From Heteronotia binoei (Eukaryota): 64,000 nucleotides of DNA. The stretch's first letter is position 1, and each line of letters begins with the position of its first letter. Under the pieces are notes generated by a model. That model did not search any database and was not told where the DNA came from. It saw only the letters and a list, made by a program, of their open reading frames with translations. Made by a program: the position numbers and the translations under genes. This document shows positions 59,583-64,000 of the stretch, piece by piece. The stretch lies in contig NC_083224.1 in the NCBI RefSeq assembly GCF_032191835.1, positions 39,122,001 to 39,186,000 on the forward strand. The letters are read 5' to 3'.

Positions 59583-59705
59583 GTAAGTGGAGAGTTCCAA
59601 AGCCCTTTTCCGACTGGACACAAACACAGGAAGTTATCAGTTGCAAGAAGACCGAGCACATGCACCTCCAGTTTTTAATAGTTGTCCATTTCTTCAACTT
59701 CCCAG

Positions 59706-59860
59706 GGCTGGTTACCTAGCACTGTATGGTAATGAAAGCAAGGATTATGATGATGCCTCCAGTCGAGTTAAAGATGTGGTGCATTCGCTGGAAGTCTATC
59801 ATCAGTTTTATCAACTGGACCGTCTTTTGATGAAAGCTGCTCGTTCCATGTTGAGTGCAG
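59706..59860 (+). CDS. PTGIS: Prostacyclin synthase, coding exon 5
   Basis: Acceptor cttcaacttcccag|, donor CAG|GTTGGT, 155 nt, ending in phase 1. Encodes (R)AGYLALYGNESKDYDDASSRVKDVVHSLEVYHQFYQLDRLLMKAARSMLSA. The intron-containing structure excludes the intronless paralogue CYP8B1. Confidence 0.95.
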
Positions 59861-59934
59861 GTTGGTGTGACTGGCCAGCTCCTATCTTTAATGCTAGTAC
59901 TTTCCCCCCATCTATGGTGCTGTATGGGAGATTT

Positions 59935-60234
59935 TAAAAAATTTCATATTCAGACGGGTTGTGTCCATGTTGGATAAGGTAGATTGAAGATAAGGATTAC
60001 GTTCTCTTGCATTGTAAATTTTATGACGATTTTCATGTTGTTTTTTAAAATACTTTTCTGCAATCTATAGAGGGCCGATCTGAAGATCGTAAGACCTTCT
60101 TGCTTTTAGCCTCAAATAAGTGCAAAATAATTGCATCTGTAGCAAAATGTTCCTTTTGTCCATAGATTCTATTGCAATCCATTTGGATTCATGCTGTTAT
60201 ACCAATAAAGGTTGTGTGAAGTGATGTGATGTGA
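59935..60234 (+). mobile_element. Decayed RTE-X-like 3' end in PTGIS intron 5
   Basis: Broken frame SDGLCPC...IEDKDYVLLHC..Y resembling the zinc finger of the 21.5 kb ORF, followed by AATAAA and a (GTGAT)n tail. Confidence 0.65.
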
Positions 60235-60479
60235 ATCCTAGCACTTCAATAGCCCCCCCCCCCCCCCCCCAATCTTGGGAACTGTAGTTTGGTAAGAATG
60301 TTGTTAATGGTTCCTGGTTCCTCTCAGAAGGACAGATTCTAGGATTCCTAGGGAAGGGATAACTTTTTGTCTATAATGCTGGAGTATCCAGATGTTTTAA
60401 ATGGTATAATACTAGTATGATTGCCTGTGACTACATGCACTCATTATTTCTGACTCACGTTCTGAAGCACTGCAAAACC

Positions 60480-60846
60480 AGTAAGCCTGTATGCAAAACT
60501 GAATTATTCAAGAAGGCTTTCCTAAGGAGGCAATAGGGTGGCATGGTACAAAATGCTTCACAACGTTACTTGGATAAATTATTAGGGACTGTCTCCTACA
60601 CTGCAGTGTAGAGTGTGCTGTGAATTGGATCCTGCTGTGTAATTTGACATCATTTAATGTGTCATGTTAACACTGACGCTTTGCTTCAGTTTTGTTTTTT
60701 TTTAGACTTCTGATTGGTTCTACAACTCTAATTCCTACTGCATAGTTTATTGACTATCGCATTCTGTTGATTGTATTGACTCACTCTATGAAACCTGCTT
60801 TGAGTCCCAGTGAGAAAGGCAGACTATACATAACGTAAATCAATAA
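60480..60846 (+). mobile_element. L2-type LINE 3' end
   Basis: CKTELFKKAF-like terminus and tail ctttgagtcccagtgagaaaggcagactata. Confidence 0.6.
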
Positions 60847-61612
60847 ACCTGTTTGAACAAAGCAGAACAGAAACAATAATGTGCATATCCAAACGCTATT
60901 ATAAACCTATTATATGCTGTTCAGGTCTCTGGAACACTATCAGCTGCACCTAGTGTTTATAAGATTTTAATTCTATGTACAAAATAACTTTACATTATTT
61001 TGTACATAGGCTCTGGAAACTTGCTGCTTCCAACCATGAACACACCTTTGGATATATTTGCTTACTGGAGATGATGGAGTGACTAATGAGTCCAGCTCTG
61101 AATAGCACTGAATTCTCTGAATAGCAGTGGATTTTCTGCAGCGAAATATCTGGTCAAGAACCATTTTTTTTTTTTTGCAGAAAAAGGGGGTCTTTAGGCT
61201 GCTTAGAGCCACATCTCCCAAGTCATGTCATGCTTGCTACCAAGGTACCAAGTCAACTGTGGCACCTATGTCCAGGGCTCTGCCCCCTCATAAAGAAGAG
61301 AGTCATGGGGATGATGCAAAGATAAACTGACACCCTTCTAATTGTTCTTTGCTGGCAAGAATTGGTGTAACTTCAGTACAGTGACTTGGACTGCATCACT
61401 AGATATTACACTATAGCAACAATTTACAACTAAATTTTCCTTTGCTGGCAAGACAATGCAGAAGATGAATGATGGCTATAGCATAGTGATGATCAATTCA
61501 TCTGGGGATGTAGCTAAAATAAGACCACAGCTGGTCCTTATTAAAGCTGCCTTGTAACTGCTAAAGCTGCATATCTCTGTCAGTGCCATCCTAAGCAGAA
61601 TTACAGCCTTCT

Positions 61613-61752
61613 GAGCCAGCGTAGTGTAGTGGTTAAGAGTGGTAGACTCTAACCTGGAGACCCAGGTTCGATTCCGCGTTCCACCCCCCACCCCCCATGA
61701 AGCCAGCTGGGTGACCTTGGGTCAGTCACAGCTTCTCAGAGCTGTCTCAGCC
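61613..61752 (+). mobile_element. Squam3-like SINE, 5' half
   Basis: gtagtgtagtggttaagag A box, ggttcgattcc B box and ggtgaccttgggtcagtcac CORE. Confidence 0.75.
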
Positions 61753-62054
61753 CAAAAAACAAGTCTAGCTCTCCACCTAGCGCTGCATAATGCTAAAAAG
61801 GGCTAGTACTTCAGGCAGCCAGACAATCTTCAGACCTCCTGACTATACCACACACAACGCCATACAATAACTATTATTTAATTATTAGAAGAATGTACCT
61901 CTGCTGAGGACTGCACTGTAAATACTGTAAGCAAACAATTAGCCTCTTTCCTTTAAAAGCCCAAACACATATCTATTGATCCTAGATATCCGAAATCTTG
62001 CGGTCGATTTGTCCTCTTTGATAGTTGGGTTGTCATCTCCAGCCTGGTGGATCA

Positions 62055-62426
62055 CCTGAAGGTGTACTAAATTATATCAGCTCAGCATCTATCTTAGAAA
62101 GCTTCTTAAATTATAATTGTTATAATAAAAGCTTACTCCTATCATACTTTTAAAATTACTTTCTCCTATGTGGCCACAGTGGCATGACTATGATTTCCAT
62201 CCATCTGCGTTATGTTTTGGTTATTTTCCCTTTTTTTGTGAGGAAAAATATTAGAAGGTTTGTCAAATCTTAGAGTTCAGCAAAATTCTCACAGGGGGTT
62301 TGAATAATGGAACTCAGAAGCAAGGGGTTTTTTTATGGGGGGGGAGGGTTAAGAAAGAAAGAGCACAATAAAATTTAGAGGTTCCAGAACTCTGCTTCTG
62401 TGAGCTCTTGCCCCAAATGAGGCCTG
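62055..62426. mobile_element. Same hAT family as 29123-29597, 5' end missing
   Basis: Colinear from ggtgtactaaattatatcagctcagcatct to aaatgaggcctg, with a single copy of the 37-bp unit. Confidence 0.82.
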
Positions 62427-62949
62427 ACCTAGAGTCTATGGTATACCATAGAGTTTGCCCCCTGAAGCTCCTGTTTCCTTGAGGGAATCTGATCTCTGTA
62501 AACTGGAGACTGGTTGTAATTCTAGGAGAATGTCTCCAGGCCTCACCTGGAGGTTGGTATCCATGTCAGGGCTACATCTGTCATACCCCTGCTCTACAGC
62601 TGTCTCAGCCCCTCCAATAATATCTCAAGCTATTCTCTGTCCTTTGAATTTCATTCCCATAATGGCAGAATTTAATGTCTCTTTCTGCTTCTCAGTTACT
62701 TGCACCTGGTTTTCCCAGGTACCAAAGATAGCACTACGAATGCTGGGAAAATATGACAGCACATTAACAGATATGTAATCTCTGGGGAGAAATGGACTTT
62801 GTGCAACAGATGGATAACATCAACACCCCAGCATGTAAACTGAAACCTAGCAAGAAAGGGAAAATGATGAGCAGTAGATGGCACCATTGCACAGGCTTTC
62901 AGTTCTATTTGCCATATTGACAGTTCAAAAACCAGTCGCCATAGTTTTT

Positions 62950-63290
62950 AAGAACATAAGAAGAGCCTTGCTGGATCAGACCAGTGGTCCATCCAGTCCA
63001 GCATCCTGTCTCACACAGTGGCCAACCAGTTCCTTGGAAGGTCCAACAGCAGGGCATAGAGGCTGATGCCTTCCCCTGAGGTTGCCTCCAGGATCTGAGA
63101 TTCAGAGGTTTATTTCTCTGAACATGGAGATTCCCTTTAATCGCCATGGCTAGTAGAGATTCCATTGTTTAACCACCAGTTGAGAGAAACAGAATTTCCT
63201 TTTGCCCACCCTGAACCTATCGCTCATCAACTTCAGTGGGTGCTCTCAAGTTCTTGTCTTTTGGGAGAGGGAGAAAAAGCTCTCTTTATC
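62950..63290 (-). mobile_element. CR1 3' fragment
   Basis: aagaacataagaagagccttgctggatcagaccagtggtccatccagtccagcatcc...gagggagaaaaag. Confidence 0.8.
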
Positions 63291-63770
63291 CACTCAAGTC
63301 AAGCCAAGTCAGCCTTTACTGGCATAAAAATAACAGTACAAAATTAATATAGTGTAAAACAGGATAGAAACACAACTTTCCTGTACACTTTTATGAAGAG
63401 AAATTATTTCTGTGATATCCTTTGGGATATCCTTTAGACCAGAGTACAGAAACTTAGCTGACCTCTCAGTAACATTGATAGAAAAATCATTCAAGAGTCT
63501 ATGAACCTTAAGTGCATCAGAGCAGTCAATCATACTGGCTAAAATAGGGTATAAATACATATAACGTAGATCCGTATACAGATGGCAGTGCAGGAGAACA
63601 TGAGTATTTGACTCAACACATTTTTGTTTACAAGGGCAGTACCTAGCTGAATAGACTATTTTACTGAATCTGCCATCAAAAATGGCACAGGGCATAGCAT
63701 TGCACCTAGCAAGAGAAAATGCTCTGTGTTGTTGTGGCATCTGGAAAGAGTTATCCACTCTTCAATTTTG
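63290..63770 (-). mobile_element. RTE-X-like 3' fragment
   Basis: Minus ORF FSLARCNAMPCAIFDGRFSKIVYSARYCPCKQKCVESNTHVLLHCHLYTDLR, homologous to the C-terminus of the 21.5 kb ORF, with a (GACTT)n tail. Confidence 0.8.
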
Positions 63771-63775
63771 ATTGA

Positions 63776-63945
63776 AATGTGCAAAGATAGCAGCTTTGTA
63801 AAGTAAGTAAAGTAAAGTAAAATTTTATTTGTATCCCGCCCTCCCCGCCTAGGCAGGCTCAGGGCGGCTAACATCTCATACATATACAATAATCAATATA
63901 AAAACTTTAAATTTAACGATAAAACTTAAATTTAACATCATTTAA
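63776..63945 (-). mobile_element. LINE 3' tail (same family as 37310-37516)
   Basis: tttatttgtatcccgccctccccgcctaggcaggctcagggcggctaaca with a (GTAAA)n tail. Confidence 0.65.
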
Positions 63946-64000
63946 AAACCAGAGGAAGGAGGAAAGCCATTGCAAGGCCAACCCCCCAACCCCAATGTTG

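Noticed and set aside
59587-59937. 116-aa ORF as an independent gene
   Set aside because: It is PTGIS exon 5 read through from intron 4 and into intron 5.
61613-61700. tRNA-like A/B box sequences (also at 14738, 15047, 20601, 36026 and others)
   Set aside because: They are SINE heads; no complete cloverleaf or acceptor stem, and each continues into SINE body sequence.
62719-62756. Possible PTGIS exon 6 after a strong polypyrimidine tract (ttttcccag|GTACCAAAG)
   Set aside because: In the required phase it gives GTKDSTTNAGKI then TGA. It does not resemble the expected exon 6 peptide (..VK.RLWKLL...WLESYL..), so exon 6 most likely lies beyond the window.

Overview
This is 64 kb of a squamate reptile genome, most likely a gecko judging from the SINE, LINE and MITE repertoire. 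It contains one 179-N assembly gap (11868-12046). The only host gene I recognise is the 5' half of PTGIS (prostacyclin synthase, CYP8A1): five coding exons on the + strand (43604-59860) with canonical GT-AG junctions and consistent phases, starting in a CpG island. Exons 6 onward are not visible in the window. The remaining sequence is dense in transposable elements: a young 5'-truncated RTE-X-like LINE with a 503-codon open RT frame and a 7-bp TSD; CR1, RTE-BovB and L2-type LINE fragments; four SINE families (Sauria, MIR-derived Squam3-like, tRNA/CR1-tailed Squam2-like, 5S rRNA-derived); many non-autonomous hAT elements with readable 8-bp TSDs and nested insertions; and Penelope-like (PLE) pseudo-LTR pieces. 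The most notable non-routine signals are a 638-bp PLE-derived inverted repeat with two hammerhead-ribozyme-like cores in PTGIS intron 1, further hammerhead-like cores, two other long hairpins (about 205 and 510 bp), and a candidate extra non-coding first exon or 5'UTR intron in the PTGIS CpG island. I found no convincing new protein-coding system. Repeat family names come from pattern recognition, not database searches, and repeat boundaries without TSDs are approximate.
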